Shown: one piece after another, positions 1 to 13,300 of the stretch
Position numbering within the stretch: position 1 is the stretch's first letter
Layout of the letters: every line of letters begins with the position of its first letter
DNA from: Chiloscyllium plagiosum
Lineage: Eukaryota
Reading direction: 5' to 3'
Assembly: GCF_004010195.1 (NCBI RefSeq)
Contig: NC_057720.1
Location: forward strand, 43,399,736-43,463,735
Length of the DNA stretch: 64,000 nucleotides
Notes under the pieces: model-generated
Told to the model about the DNA's origin: nothing
Databases searched by the model: none
What the model saw: the letters and a program-made list of their open reading frames with translations, nothing else
Program-made: the position numbers and the translations under genes

Positions 1-3000
1 TGCTAAAGGGGCTTGGTTTACCCAAAGACTCTTTATAATTCAATTCTTTAAAATTGGAAATTAACATTGCTGCTCTTCTCTGCATGGCTTCCAGGATTTG
101 AATATATCCCTTGTGTCTTAGTGACCAAAGGTTTCAAAGCAATATTATTATTGATGAGCATTGACCTCACAGCCAAAAAAAATTACTTTACATAATTACT
201 TTAATGTACTAAAGATTTTCAAGGTGTTTTTGAGTGCGTTATCCGAGGCCTAAATTTTATGAATATGAACAAAAAATGAATAAAATCTATTAAGTGAACG
301 CTGGCAGGACCTCCTGATACCATTAGCTGCCATTAGATACTTGTGACATAAGGGGGCGCTCAAGCACAAAAGAAGCAGAAAGAGGGAGGCGCTTTGAATT
401 CAGTGCTTAATTTTTCTTTATAAATCCGGCACAAATTAATATTCAACAGTTATTTGTGGTGGATTTAGAATGAAACATCGTTTCAACATCATGATTTGTG
501 GAAAACATGAAATGAATACAACCCTCATTGCAGTTGTACTGTGACAAAATTGCTTTGTCATTAAATGTATGCACTAATTAATTTAGCTAAAGAGCACGTA
601 TTTTAAAAGTTATGCTTTAAATTTACACTTTTAAAAAATAAAACAAACAGGTTATATATCTTTACAGGTTGTTCTGCTTTTAATTCTACCATCAAAATTT
701 TTGAATAAGTACTTTAATAATCGCATTCGGGAGCACATTTATGGTTTTACGAACTGTTTATGTCGACAGTAATATGAAAGTATGCAAAGACAAAAATGAA
801 AGGAAAATACGCGCAGATAACGTCTGAGTCGTCAAAATAACGGATACTCTTACCTGACACTAACGCACTTTTCAGGTATAAAGCCTGTAGATTATTCCTG
901 AAATTAAAAAAAATGCAATCACTCTATGAACAGCTCAACTCCATTAATCTCCTCTAAATGATTTGCTGCAAATGGAACTCACCCAGTGCGGCCAGCAAAC
1001 TTGTCATTTTACTTTTTCTGCATCACGCTGTATCAAAGACAGGTTGGTGATATTTGCGTCATTAGTTTCCAGGCACCTGCGAGATTTAACACTCGACATT
1101 TCACCAAAAAGACAAATGAATTACATTATTCAACATGTCAGTAATATTTGTGACTTCGTGACTTTAGCAGTGAATTTAGATTGTGAAGTTTTTTTTTAAA
1201 TCGCGGGCACACTAAATAGTCGAAACTAAACCGCTAGCTGTCCTAATCGAGACCTGAATAGTAAGCGGACAACGGGAACTGTATTACCTTCCAAATATTC
1301 AGTGAAAAGCTCGCTTTTTAGTCGATACTACTTTGTGAGTAACTAGGCCTTAATTTTTTTCTTAGCTGAAGGGTCTCGTATAAAACTCAGTAAACTCTTT
1401 TTTTAAAAATGGAAAACCGATTCTAAGTGATTTTTGTAGGAAAACAAACCTAAATAGGTATATTGCTCACAATGATGCCAAATCGCCAGGAATTTCATCT
1501 GAAAGGCAATGAGTTAGTATTGTATGCAACTGCCTTGGGCATTTAGAAACTTCTTTTCCTGTTTGTTCCTAGATCTTCTCTGAGCAAATATGCAGTCGCA
1601 CATTTCAGTTCTATCCAGTGACTTTGCCTGACCTGTTAGGAAACCGAACACTTTGTGTGAAATTTGTTTCTAGTTGTCGGTTTCGTCGATTCAAATGCTT
1701 AATATTGACTCATAATCCAGGACATCCAAATATTTCATCAGCCGCTTTCGGGTCAGTCTGCGTTTTATCACGAGTTACTACCCAAATTATTAAATAATTT
1801 AAATAACCATGATTTTAAAATGCTAAAACTTTTTGATTGGTTATTGTTACAAAATTTGCTATTTAATTAAATGCGAACAATGTAACGCGAGTCTTCGAGG
1901 GAAGCAAAAGAGATATGTATTGTATAAGGCAAAGGTTTATCGGCCATCTAAATTTATAAAGTGTTTTCTTCTACAAGTGACGGCATTGCTAATACTCTGT
2001 TCAGACCATCTCCTCTTTAAACTCTAGAGTCAGTCAACTGGCTTTATATTTGCCTCGGAATTATTTAATATTGATATTGTACTTGTAATTATAATTTTTC
2101 AGCGCATTCTCCAAATACGCATCAAGAAGTTAAATATATTTCAAGGAATAAGTCCCTTCAAATGACATTTATATCCCTTCTACACGCGTTGATGAAATGG
2201 AGACAATCAGTTTTGTTCCGATTTTCACTGAATATTAAACATTTATGAATAATAAATGTCCTAACCTTTAATAGCTTACGCTTTTCTTAATCTTTAAAAC
2301 TACTGAACAAGTAACTACATTGTGGCTCCTAACTATTTTAAGGCTTGACGTTAAATGACTTATCATTTGAACCCATCTTTCTAAGCAATTTTGATGACGT
2401 AAAACACTAGCTTTACATGTCTGCGAGATACTTGGGCGGAAGGCCCGGATTGTCGCGCTTGTAAGTATTTCTGGAATATATCGAGTCGATATTCCCACAA
2501 TTTTACGTTTAGTAATGCCTCGTTTATCGATGTAAATATGTTTGTAATTAATTAAACAAAGTGGCATCAAAAAGATTGAAGGTTTGTTCATTCCAGAGCA
2601 GGATGTGGTGAAAATCACATTCATATCAACGTTCGGGTTTTAAGTAGGTGAAACCTTCAGTGCTGTCTGTAATAACCTGCAGTCTGAGAGAGACCTAACG
2701 AAAAACCAAATGTTGTGACCTTACATAACCGCGGTGGCAGTCCTGTTTATCCTAACGCCCATGGTAGTAATCCCAGATATACAAACTCATCCTGAACAAA
2801 TTCAGCTGTGAAGGTTTGCTCAGATGTTGGCCACTTTCCTGGTACAGACATACTGCTACCATCTTAAATTCAGTTTTTTTTTCAATTAAAGTGGAATTAG
2901 GCAGCCCAATCAAATTAACTTGTTATTAAAGCTCCGTTTATTAAATCATTGTATTGTAGCCATATTATGTTTCACTGCCTGAAAGATCTGGACAAACTTT

Positions 3001-3751
3001 TGTCATATTGCCTGCAAAAATGTGGATTGGATGAAATGACGGGATTATTATGGAGTCTAGTAAAATGGCGCAGAATGTGCTGCATTTTTTAAAACAACAT
3101 AAACAGCGATATTTGTCTGAAACTATATAAACTGGACATTAAAAAAATGAGGCAGAAATTAATCCGTGCAGTTTATAGAAATTTTCCTGTTTGAACAAGT
3201 TTCATCTGTCCCTTTCTGGGTATCAGTATATGAGCGGTATGTGCAATTTGAACATTGTCCTTTTAGACATCATGTTTACCCAGTTATACTTGATGCAAGA
3301 AAGTAAATAGATCAACTCAGCCAGAGTGCCGTTTAGCAGGATTAGGTTGCCATGGTTACGAGTTTGATGAGTTATGCAATCTTAATTCAATGCAGCGAGC
3401 CATTCTTGATCGTACGTAGACGGTCATAAAGTTTTAATGTCACTGGGATGTATTCTTCGGTCTGAGTTACAAACGTCAGACATTTCACGGGTCCTTTTCT
3501 CTTCACTAGTTTTGTAAACAATTCTTAATACTCCTGAAAAGCCAACACCTCACCAATTTTATGTATTGGCTGAAATCAGAAATTTACTGCAATGTTTTTT
3601 TCGACTCTGGAGTTTCGATGACCATAACTAAATATTTCAGATTTCTTCTCATCGACAAGAACGGTGTAATTTCGAAATATTATTGTGCTGTCAGCTTTGG
3701 TTAAATATTTAAATCAAAATGCGTGTCCAGGAATTTGTTTACAAAATAACT

Positions 3752-3757
3752 TTTATT
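3752..3757 (-). terminator. Likely dmrta2 polyadenylation signal (AATAAA)
   Basis: TTTATT on the + strand ~620 nt past the stop, ending an AT-rich 3' UTR-like stretch. More proximal AATAAA copies at 4235-4240 and 4252-4257. Confidence 0.55.
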
Positions 3758-4376
3758 TCTATCAAATGCAAACACATAACTTTGACTGTTTACATGAAAA
3801 TAAATGCTAGAATCAACACAGACTAGTACCAAGCTTCTATATACAATGTAAATAGATGACTGAACATTATACTACCGTCTGCTGTAGCCTTTGCCTACGT
3901 ACAATTACAAATGCAGTTAGTTACCCTTACGTTTGATATATACACATTTGCCAAAGTCTACTTGAAAGAAACAGTCGCAAAGCAAGTCCCAGCTCAAAAA
4001 GTCTATAATATATTTAATCTGCACCTTTACAAAGGTACGTAAGAGCGCTTCCGCTGTTCCATGTGAATAACTTTTTTCTACATATTACATTAATAATTTA
4101 GAATTAAGTCAGTTTTCCTTATAGACATTACACTCGTATCTACGTACACAATAATCAAAAAGGAATTTCGTGAGTATGGCTATGAATTACAATACCAGCG
4201 AAGTATACCGTTAACAAAATTGCACGTCAGCACTTTTATTGTACAATCATGTTTATTATTAAATATTTAACTTTCTCCAATGCATGTTCTATAATAATCA
4301 CGTAGGCACGGGACAGTTTCGAACAATTCGGCCAGTGCTTTGTCAAATTTTAAGACGCCTGAGAGAGTGTTGCAAC

Positions 4377-5248
4377 TTACTGTTTATCCGGGTTATTATT
4401 TACAACTGATCCGTAAAGTCCATTAGTGTACACTTGATCTTTGTGCAAGTTGGACCTATCTCGCATGAGGTCGCTGAAGGCGTAATCCATTGGTGGACGA
4501 AAGCCCAGTGTTGGGACAAGGCCCGTTGTTGAATAAGGTGTCATGAAAGCAAGTCCCCGACTATGGGCCGAATACGCTAAGCGAAGAGGATTGAGTCCTA
4601 GATGTGGTCCAATGGCATAGGCGTTGGGATCTGTAGTAAAATGGGCCGCGTTAGGTTGTAGTGGTGAAAAAGCAGACCTGTTGCCCAGCGTCCCAATGGC
4701 AGGCGGCACCGCCCCAGCTACCAGAGGTCGATGTGATGTAGGTCCTTGGACAGCCTGATGAGTCCTATCACGGTGCCAAGTTTCTTCGGAAACCTTTTCT
4801 TGCTCTCTATTGTTTAGAATCTGCTCGATGGCTTGGACAACGTCCCCTCCGCAACCTTGCAGGACTAGCTCTAGGACACTTCTCTTGTGTGAGGGGAAAA
4901 CCCTGGTTAGAATTTCAATTGGAGTCCTCTGACGGGCACCTGTGGAGGGGGTACCGTCTCTCTCATCCTTTTCTGTCTCTGACCCAGAGTCAGAGCCCAG
5001 TGGCGTGATGGTCCTTGGGCTATCCTGTCCTTCTTTAAGAACTTTACAGATGGGAGAACTAAGAAATGATTCTCCATCTCCGTTCTCTGATCCAGATCCA
5101 TGGCGAACGTCTGGCGACGAGGTCCCAGGTACACTACCTGCTCCAGGCTCACTGTCACCCGGTATCGGCTTCACTAAGGACTGCTGAGGAGTACCAGCTC
5201 GCGGCATCAAACTCTTTTGAAATAATTCATACTTCTGGAGTTTAGTTT
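4377..5248 (-). CDS. dmrta2: DMRTA2 coding exon 2 (DMA domain and C-terminus)
   Basis: Acceptor TTGCAG|AA at 5250-5249. The spliced frame reads [14 protein letters not shown] (human EAKLQKFDLFPKTL), then [22 protein letters not shown] and the DMA domain [44 protein letters not shown] at 4379-4377. 424+872 nt = 431 aa plus stop. Confidence 0.96.
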
Positions 5249-6554
5249 CTGCAAATCAAGAGATTTAAAAGATCTTAAACTATGATAATGCAAATTGAAG
5301 GGTTTTTTAAAATGAAATCATTGTTGAACAGTTATAATTAGTTATAAATGCATTCAATAACAAAAACATTCCGGTTGAAAATAAGGATAACGAAGAGACA
5401 ATGGAATTTTGGAAATTTCTGGTGGCGTGCACGAGTCGATACTTGACAACCAACAATTTGGCACCAGGAAATGTATTTGACATGTGACCACATCAGAATA
5501 TTATAGTTTAATGTTATATATCCAAAACACGTCTGAACGCTGAAACTGTTCCTCAGTTTCGTTTAAACGTTTTTTTATAGTATGTTAATTATTTTGCTGC
5601 TTAATCGTTACTTTCAATTGAATAAAACTTTTTAATTCTAAGGGTCTCATAAGTGACTTCTCTGGTTAAACAAAAGGCAAACAAACAAATCTGAAGAGCA
5701 GAGACCAGACAGAAGTTTGGTGGGGTCACAATTTGTTGTATCAATTATTGCTAAATAAGCCAATTCCCCAATAATATGACAGTATAATTGTTTGCTAAAT
5801 TGTGTTTCGTGGAATTGTTTAGTGATAGTGTTTTCTTGTTATCAATTTTAAAATAAACAAACGTTGTTAAATTGTCCTTGAATATCGCCATCATTTGATA
5901 CATGTTGGTTATTTAAATAAGCACTAGAATCGCATTATTCCCATTCTATTTCCATGATTATATAATGGAACAAACAATCGTGATCTGTATGCGAGAAATT
6001 GAATGCTTTCTGAAGTAAAGACAACCGCAATCCGAAAAAAGTGTAATTCTCCAAAACAGTCACATACCAGTTTTCACAGAAGACTTCTTTTCTCTAAATC
6101 GTCAGTGGGTGAAGGTTTACATTCTAAAACTGCGTTTCCTAATCCAGGTTTTACATCTAGCTACCTACACTGTGTGTCTGAGGCCTGGAGAATTCCACTG
6201 CGGCTCAGGGATGCCGAGGCCAGGACACTGTGGAGTTACCCATATCTTCAAATGAAACGTTCTTCCGAGCAGCATTGTATATGTAAGTTTGACTTTAACG
6301 GTTACTATTTAATTATTTGGAAAATATGTAATTGTACGCGGCGCGCGGGTTAATTGTGAATATATTGTTACCACGATCTGAAGTGAACAAGGTTTTGCGG
6401 CAGAAACCTTCCCACAAATGCGGGTTCATTCTCGAATTTATCGATCGACCTTACTAAGTTGAACAGAGCTACACGAACTACTGTAAACATGAGCAAGGAG
6501 CTTACAGTGGGCGAAATAAAAAAAAGTTTTACAAACTCTGGGAGAAGGTGTTAC
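5249..6554 (-). other. dmrta2: dmrta2 intron (1306 nt, GT-AG, phase 1)
   Basis: Canonical GT/AG ends that join the two exons in frame. Confidence 0.9.
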
Positions 6555-6978
6555 CTGTGTTACCCTCGGAACAGACCGAGCCAAACACATCGTAAGAAGA
6601 TCGGGATGGGATCATGCCGTTGGCAGCTGCAATGGCCAATCCTTCCGCCGTCCCGTACAAAAGTTGCAGCTCCCGGGCTTCGTTTTCTTCCTGCGCCTGT
6701 TGCCTTCTCAGGGCTACCTGAGCCGCCATCACTCTCTGCCTTTCAGCGATCAGGGTACACTTCGCGCACATGCAATCCTTCCAGCGACAGTAGCGTTTGT
6801 GGCCCTTCAGAGCGGAGACGACCCCATGGTTTCTACAGCGGGCGCACTTGGGAGTCCTGGGATACTTTTCGGTGGCACGTAGGAGCAGAGGCGGAGCACG
6901 GAGTAGAGTCCCCGACACTGAAACAGGTATTGCTGTCGGAGTAGTCTGGCTAGTCGAGAGCTCCGTGCGCAATTCCAT
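6555..6978 (-). CDS. dmrta2: Doublesex- and mab-3-related transcription factor A2 (DMRT5), coding exon 1 with the DM zinc-binding domain
   Basis: ATG at 6978. MELRTEL...[87 protein letters not shown] matches vertebrate DMRTA2 (MELRSEL start, [18 protein letters not shown] after the DM domain). Ends at a phase-1 donor CAG|GTAACA. Confidence 0.96.
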
Positions 6979-7179
6979 TACTTAAGAATAGATTGCTGCT
7001 AAATGTCAATTTCTTGTCTTAATTTTCAATCTCAAACTACTGTGCTGGAAACTGTTGCAACAACCACGTATTAATGCGCAGGGAAGATTAGGAGAGGCGC
7101 TAAGATCGGTGTGGGAGAAGGCGATGATATGGACGGTATTAGCATTAATGCTGCTGGATACAGAGGTTCAATGAGTCCA

Positions 7180-7300
7180 CTCCCGCGCTCTCTCTATTGT
7201 TGCTCGTTACGTTTTCATTAGATTGAAATTGACAACATGTGGCGCCTGCGATTGGCCGAATGGCACGCGGCTGAAAGCACACTCCTGATTGGCTCTGGTT
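7180..7300 (-). promoter_or_regulatory. dmrta2 proximal promoter candidate with two CCAAT boxes
   Basis: ATTGG (CCAAT on minus) at 7251-7255 and 7288-7292 in CpG-rich sequence ~270-310 nt upstream of the ATG. Confidence 0.6.
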
Positions 7301-10300
7301 ACTGTTACCTAGTGTCCACCTGAACCTTCCAAAATAACCAAGTGCAAACTACAACAGTATCTTACAGGTACAACTGAGACCCAAACTAAACTTAAACAGC
7401 AACTTCATTCTTTAGTTTACACCGGGCGTTGTTTGGAGATGTTGGTGTAGTTAACAACAGTAACTAAAGGTGAAATTCCACTTTCTTTTGCAGGCAGTCG
7501 TGATCATGATGATGTAATTACTGAGTAACTCCGACGTTGAATTCTGGGTAAGTAACACTTTATTAATTATTTCCACTGGTAATTGCAATGGGTTTTAAAA
7601 TAGTCTGTCGGCAACAGATACAGTTTTCAAAAGAGAGATTATACTTCTGTTTGTACGTTCGAGACCTGTCTTGGGCAAACCAGCTTTTTCACTTTTCCCA
7701 TTTTCGAATCGATAAAATATAACTTGTTATCCGTTTGGGAGCGTAAAGGAGGGTGGGCAACAAATGATTGAAAATGTGGTAAATTAAATAATAGCTTTAA
7801 ATTGTACATGAAAATTTTGATAAAGTTGGACAGCAGGTTTTAAAAATAAACAACAGTCGTTATTCACACATTATGGGGGAGTGAAGGTAAAGCTGTCGAC
7901 CCGAGCAGTAAAAAGCAAGAGAATTCTTCAGCGCCTTGAAGGTTCGCCTACATTTTGCTTATCAAGTTTTGAGTACGCCCTATCTGCTCCAAGCAATTGC
8001 AATATAAACTGTACCGTTTACATAATGTTTAAGAAGATGCTTTGTATTCCAAATAGCACTCCCACCCCACCAAATCTATATAAATAAACCGTAATGGTAA
8101 GCTCCACCTTAGCCAGCATAATTCATTTCAGGCAATCTTCTGTTTCCTCTTTCCAAAACAAAATCCTACAACATCGGGTGGAAGAGCAACGCGCAACTGG
8201 CGAGTGGGGCAACAATAATGCGATTCATACAGCCGCAGAACTATGTTCCGGAAATGGCGGTGGATATTAACTGTTGCTCCTATCCCAACGCAGACTTTGT
8301 TTATGATTAAAATATATAACTTAATTTTATTATTCCTGCTCTCGTTGTTCTGCATTACTTGTATAACTGAAGACATGGGGGAACAGAGAACGCCTTATGG
8401 ACAACTTAAAATTACAGTGGAAGAGCGAAGTTTCAGCTGTCTACTATATGACCTGTACCGTTCAAATAGAAAAAATCAAATTTTAATTTAATGCTGAAAC
8501 AACGGAGAAGCTCCGTATTGGTTGCAGCATTTCTGTTAAAACCTCTGTGAAAAATGTGTGTGATGTCTGACTATGTATGTGAAGGCAGTTTCTAAGACTG
8601 ATCGATGTTTATTAAAGCCACAAATGTGCCTTCAGAACAACAGTGTACTCAGTTAAACATTCGAGTGTGATTTATTTTGTTTCTGTAATTGGTGATAATT
8701 AAGATTAATTGACAAAACAGGCACAGCTATCCAATTGATTAATTAATTGTCCCTGCGTTGCGCGTTTGCAACACAACAGAGTATATCTAAATAGCACAAG
8801 GTTATTTGAAACAATAGGTTAAACAGTTTAGACCAAGTGTATATTATATTGGCGTAATCAACAAAAATACACTAAATTTACAAAGGTCCTGCCGAGTTGC
8901 CATTCTTCAAACTAACATCAATCAATCAGCTGCCAAACAGCTCCTCCCTGATGAGAGCACTCGGGGTAATTTAACTGGTAATTTCATCCACTGTTCGCGT
9001 TTATTCACTGCAAGATGCATCGTTTAACCTGAATCGACTAGATTCTTTGGAGTAAATTTCGCGCCTCGATACCAAAGAATTGCGGGACGCGGTTTTAATT
9101 AAGAGAAAGACCTGAATTTCAGGTCTATGTGGTAGTCATTCACGTGATGTGGACTGCTAATTGGATATGTGAAATCATAAAGTTTTGGCTGAAGAAATAT
9201 AATGTTGATTTTTAGTTTTATTAAATCGAATGTAATGTGGAGAATTCAAGCAGATTAATTTATCAATCCAGCTATTTGATGCTGGAAATGTACAGGTTGC
9301 CTATCTCATTGCATTTTCTATTTTGAACATTCCGAAGTATTTCTTAATACCTATCGCAATTAAGAACAGAAAATATGAAATACACAGTCGATCAGTCAGC
9401 ATCTGAGAAGAGAAATACAAGCAATAAATATTATCAGACTGATTTGTTTTTTAACCAATCATTTTCAGCCCTTGAGCGATTCTAAGCACTGAACGCAATC
9501 GTTTCACAAAATCACACTTTGTTTCAGATTTGCACAATTTTTTAGCGATGCGGATACAATCAGAACAATTACAAAAATCAATGGACATGGGTCGGTCAAT
9601 TTGAAAACAGTAGCATTCAAGACACAATCTCTTTCTCTTGAACAGAATGTGATGCCACGATTAGGTGCCAAGATTTTACGTGAAATCAAGCAACGATTGA
9701 GTTGCATACCCGAGAAAGTTAAATGCATCTTAATCAATGCATGGATTTAAGTACGTTTGATAACAAAATGACGGGAGTGAAATAATAATGTCGGTGCAAG
9801 TACCAAGTGTGTACATTTTTGGAGCCATAAAACAGTTTGGCATTGTAGGTTTGGCTATGGTTAGAAAAGCGTATTTTGCCTATAAGAAGGAAACGTCACT
9901 ACTGTATATTTTACTAAGTCATAAACGTAACCTCTTTTCAATTAATGCTCTATTTGGTTAAAACATCTAAATATTCAACGTCAATTGATTCGTACCGAAT
10001 GTATCGAAACAAAAGGCTTCGCTCCACTGATATTCTGCACAATTAACCAAACTACTTGGAATTTGTGTGACCACTGTGTGCGCATGGAAGAAAAATGCGA
10101 TTGCCAGCGCTTCTCCCTGTAACGGACCTGATCTGGAATGTTCCAAAAATGTTTTTTTTAAAGTACAGAAAATAGAAGTCCATCTACCTTCATCCCTATT
10201 TATTCAAATGAACTTATCCGCTTTAAAAGCGAACAGCATAGATTAATATAGCACTCCATTCAAAAAAACAATGCTTATCTAGTTTTAACTAAATACGTTG

Positions 10301-13300
10301 TGTCGTCTTTTTTAAAAATACATGAGCAATCATATATGGACACTGTATTGTCCTCTCCGAAGCATGTGCAACATTGGAGGCCGGTTTCTTTCTAACAAAT
10401 GAAAATAAATGTGGTTATTAAATAACTTGTTCTATTAATGCGTGACCGGCTATTCTTTTCTATTATTTCGACAATGGTTTTGTGAAAACCACAGTTCAAT
10501 ATCTTTAGTTGTGTAATTAATTATAAAAACTTTTTCAAACATACTGCAAGTACAATGTTTGAATTTAACTAAATTATTTATATATCCATTGAAAAGTTAT
10601 CACAGCGCTATTATTCGGTAAATATTCTCACTACTGGCTGTCAATTAAGTAACAAAACTGACCAATATTAATGCTTATGTAAGTAGTCTTTTTTTTCCGC
10701 TGGAATTATCCGTAAGTGTTTATTATCTGTTCTCTTTCCCTTTCATAGATGACAGTCCTCATGTACCTGCTAATGTAAGTGGTCTTTAAGGTTTCATTTG
10801 TTCCAGGGCTGTTCCATTGACTTTTTCATTGTTTACTGAATGAATCAGTGTAAGTAAATGCCATCTGTTTCCCGCTGGTTTAATCTGCACCTTTAATTAC
10901 CCAGCCAAGAGTCTAATAGAGATGATATTAAACTAAATCTTTTTGACATTAAAAGTAATTATCTCAGGACGAATCTTACACCAATGAAAATTACCTCGAA
11001 GACATCCGATTTTGATGCTCGCTTTCGCAAACGTCACTCAAGCAGATTTACACAATATTAAAGTTTTTGCACCCTGATATCACCGCGCAGTTGATGTCAA
11101 TGGTGTTGATTACCATGTTTCGTACGGTTCGAATTACAACATAAGCTACTTTTCAAAAAGAAACCCTAATGATTCCCAGCGTTCTAGATGTTATATACAT
11201 TTACAAAGGACGAAAATAAAACATATATTTCCTACTACAAGATCATGAAACTATCGTGTTTCATGCAGGTCTGTCGGGCAATACTTTTAAGAAATGCTTT
11301 TTTTAATGCGCAATGTCATATTAGAAAGTAAACAAATTGCTGGTCTCAGTATAGATGTATTCATGCGGTTTAATATAGCATGAAAAGGATAGAGTTATAT
11401 AAGCAAATGAAGTACACATATCCCTTATATATGCACACAAACGAAACGTGTGCACACATCATCCAAATTCATTAGTACACACGCTAACGAACTGTCAAAC
11501 TTCATCTTGTTAAATGGGTTAGCCTTTAAAAGGCTGTAAATTGTAAATGTGGTTTGATATTTGGTTAACCCGTATTTATTATGGTCTGGTTTAAATCGAA
11601 TCATAGTTTCACTGTGACTGAGTCACTTGTTTTTCCTTCAAACAATTCACCTTTGAACAAGCGAGTCTTTATAAACTATTCTGGAGCAAATCCAGGAACA
11701 TTTTCTTAAAACCCATAGACGATTGAGTTTTTTCCAGGTTTTTAAATTTTCACAAAGGAAAAGATTGACCCAACATATGTAGCAGCATGTTGCTGACCCG
11801 AGCTCCCTAGTGCGGCATTCTCACGGCTTGCTGGCTACTGCTGTCCCACCTGAAGGTTGCCCGGTCCCCGATTGCCATTGAGCCGCTCCCCGGAGCGGGA
11901 GCTGAAACAATTAGGTTACTACAAGGTTAGAGTAGCACATCTAACATCAGATAAGCTTTGGGAAACCCAGCACTTATGCACGCTTCGTCTCCTAACTAAG
12001 TGTTCATTAGGTTGTTAACCTCTTTGAAAAGCAAAGGGCATGTGATAATGTCCTCTTCACAAATGCAATCTTTCCCTTAAGGCAGTTCACAAAACCTAAA
12101 ATACCTGTAGAATACAAAACTGAACTGTACAATTTCTACTTTTCAATATTTCCCTTGTTATGCAAATAATTAAATGTTAATTATACATGTTCATTTGTGT
12201 GCTGTGCTGTTAATTAATACGTCGTTTAATAGTAACGTGCTCGTTATGTTCTCCCTTTTTAAAAAGCTAATCTGTTTTTGTTGTATTTATATTTTTATGA
12301 TCCCGCTGGTCTAGAATACGTTTACAGTAGAAAATACACGCTTAATCTAAGTTGTAATTCCAGCATGTTTGTGTGTTGATATTGCATTGATGAACTATTA
12401 TACACGTTATTATTTTCTCCATATTACTTTCAAGCAATTGCCAGTGAATGCAAATCAATATTCTCAACAAAACTCCATTTGAGGCGATTTTACCATAAAA
12501 ACGTACAAAATCGATCATTCGCGCATGTTTGTGTGTAATAAATGCGCAAGGGTGTAGGGTTTTGTACGAATTGATGATGTAATTTAAGATCGTAATTTGA
12601 TTTACCTAAATTTCTTAAAATATGGCACCTCGCATAACAAAGGTTACACATTGTTCTTTATCGGAGTTGGGTTAAAGGCAATATCTGACAGAAAGCTATC
12701 CATGGCCAATTCATTCTGTTTAATCGCCTTCAAGAATCGCTGCTGGCAGCGTGTCGGACCTCTTCAAGTTTAGAAAGTGAATGGCTTTTTAAGCAAACAG
12801 CCTCACCTTTAAAGAAATCCGCTAGTTCCGTTTAATAATGCTCTTATTTCTAATTGATGGATTTCCAAGGAAGAGCCCGAAATGAGTAACTCTGACCAGA
12901 TTCCCACAGCTATTGTGTGGGTTTTTGGTTCTTTTAGGACCATTTCTGCCTCTTTATTTTCCAACCCCTCGGGCATGGATTAAAGCGTCAGACAATTTTA
13001 TCTTCGCACCTCTGCGCCGGTTAAAGGCACTTTGAGGTAATGTGAATAGAGGGCTTTAAGAGAAAAAAAGTTGCATGTTATTATAACTGCACCACTGATC
13101 ATTCTGAAAGGGGCTACGGCAACTGTAGGAACAAACATCTACAAAGTACTAATTGATCACTTAAAACGGCGGTCTGTGCACCACATCTTTGGGAGACGAG
13201 CTTCAAAACTGTTTACAAAGGAGACGCGTTGGTTTAATGGGAAACTGCCAACAGCAATAGCAATAGCACGTGTCTTTTTATGCAACTAAAAATAAGTTTA

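Noticed and set aside
175-235. Possible L2-tail remnant at the window start
   Set aside because: Similarity is too weak in AT-rich sequence to support.
4377-6978. Calling the gene dmrta1 or dmrt3
   Set aside because: The MELR start, [13 protein letters not shown] motif, C-terminus and faf1 adjacency all match dmrta2.
6459-6985. Plus-strand ORFs overlapping dmrta2 exon 1 (161, 72 and 62 aa), and 4942-5187 over exon 2
   Set aside because: Antisense shadows of GC-rich coding sequence with no recognisable domains.
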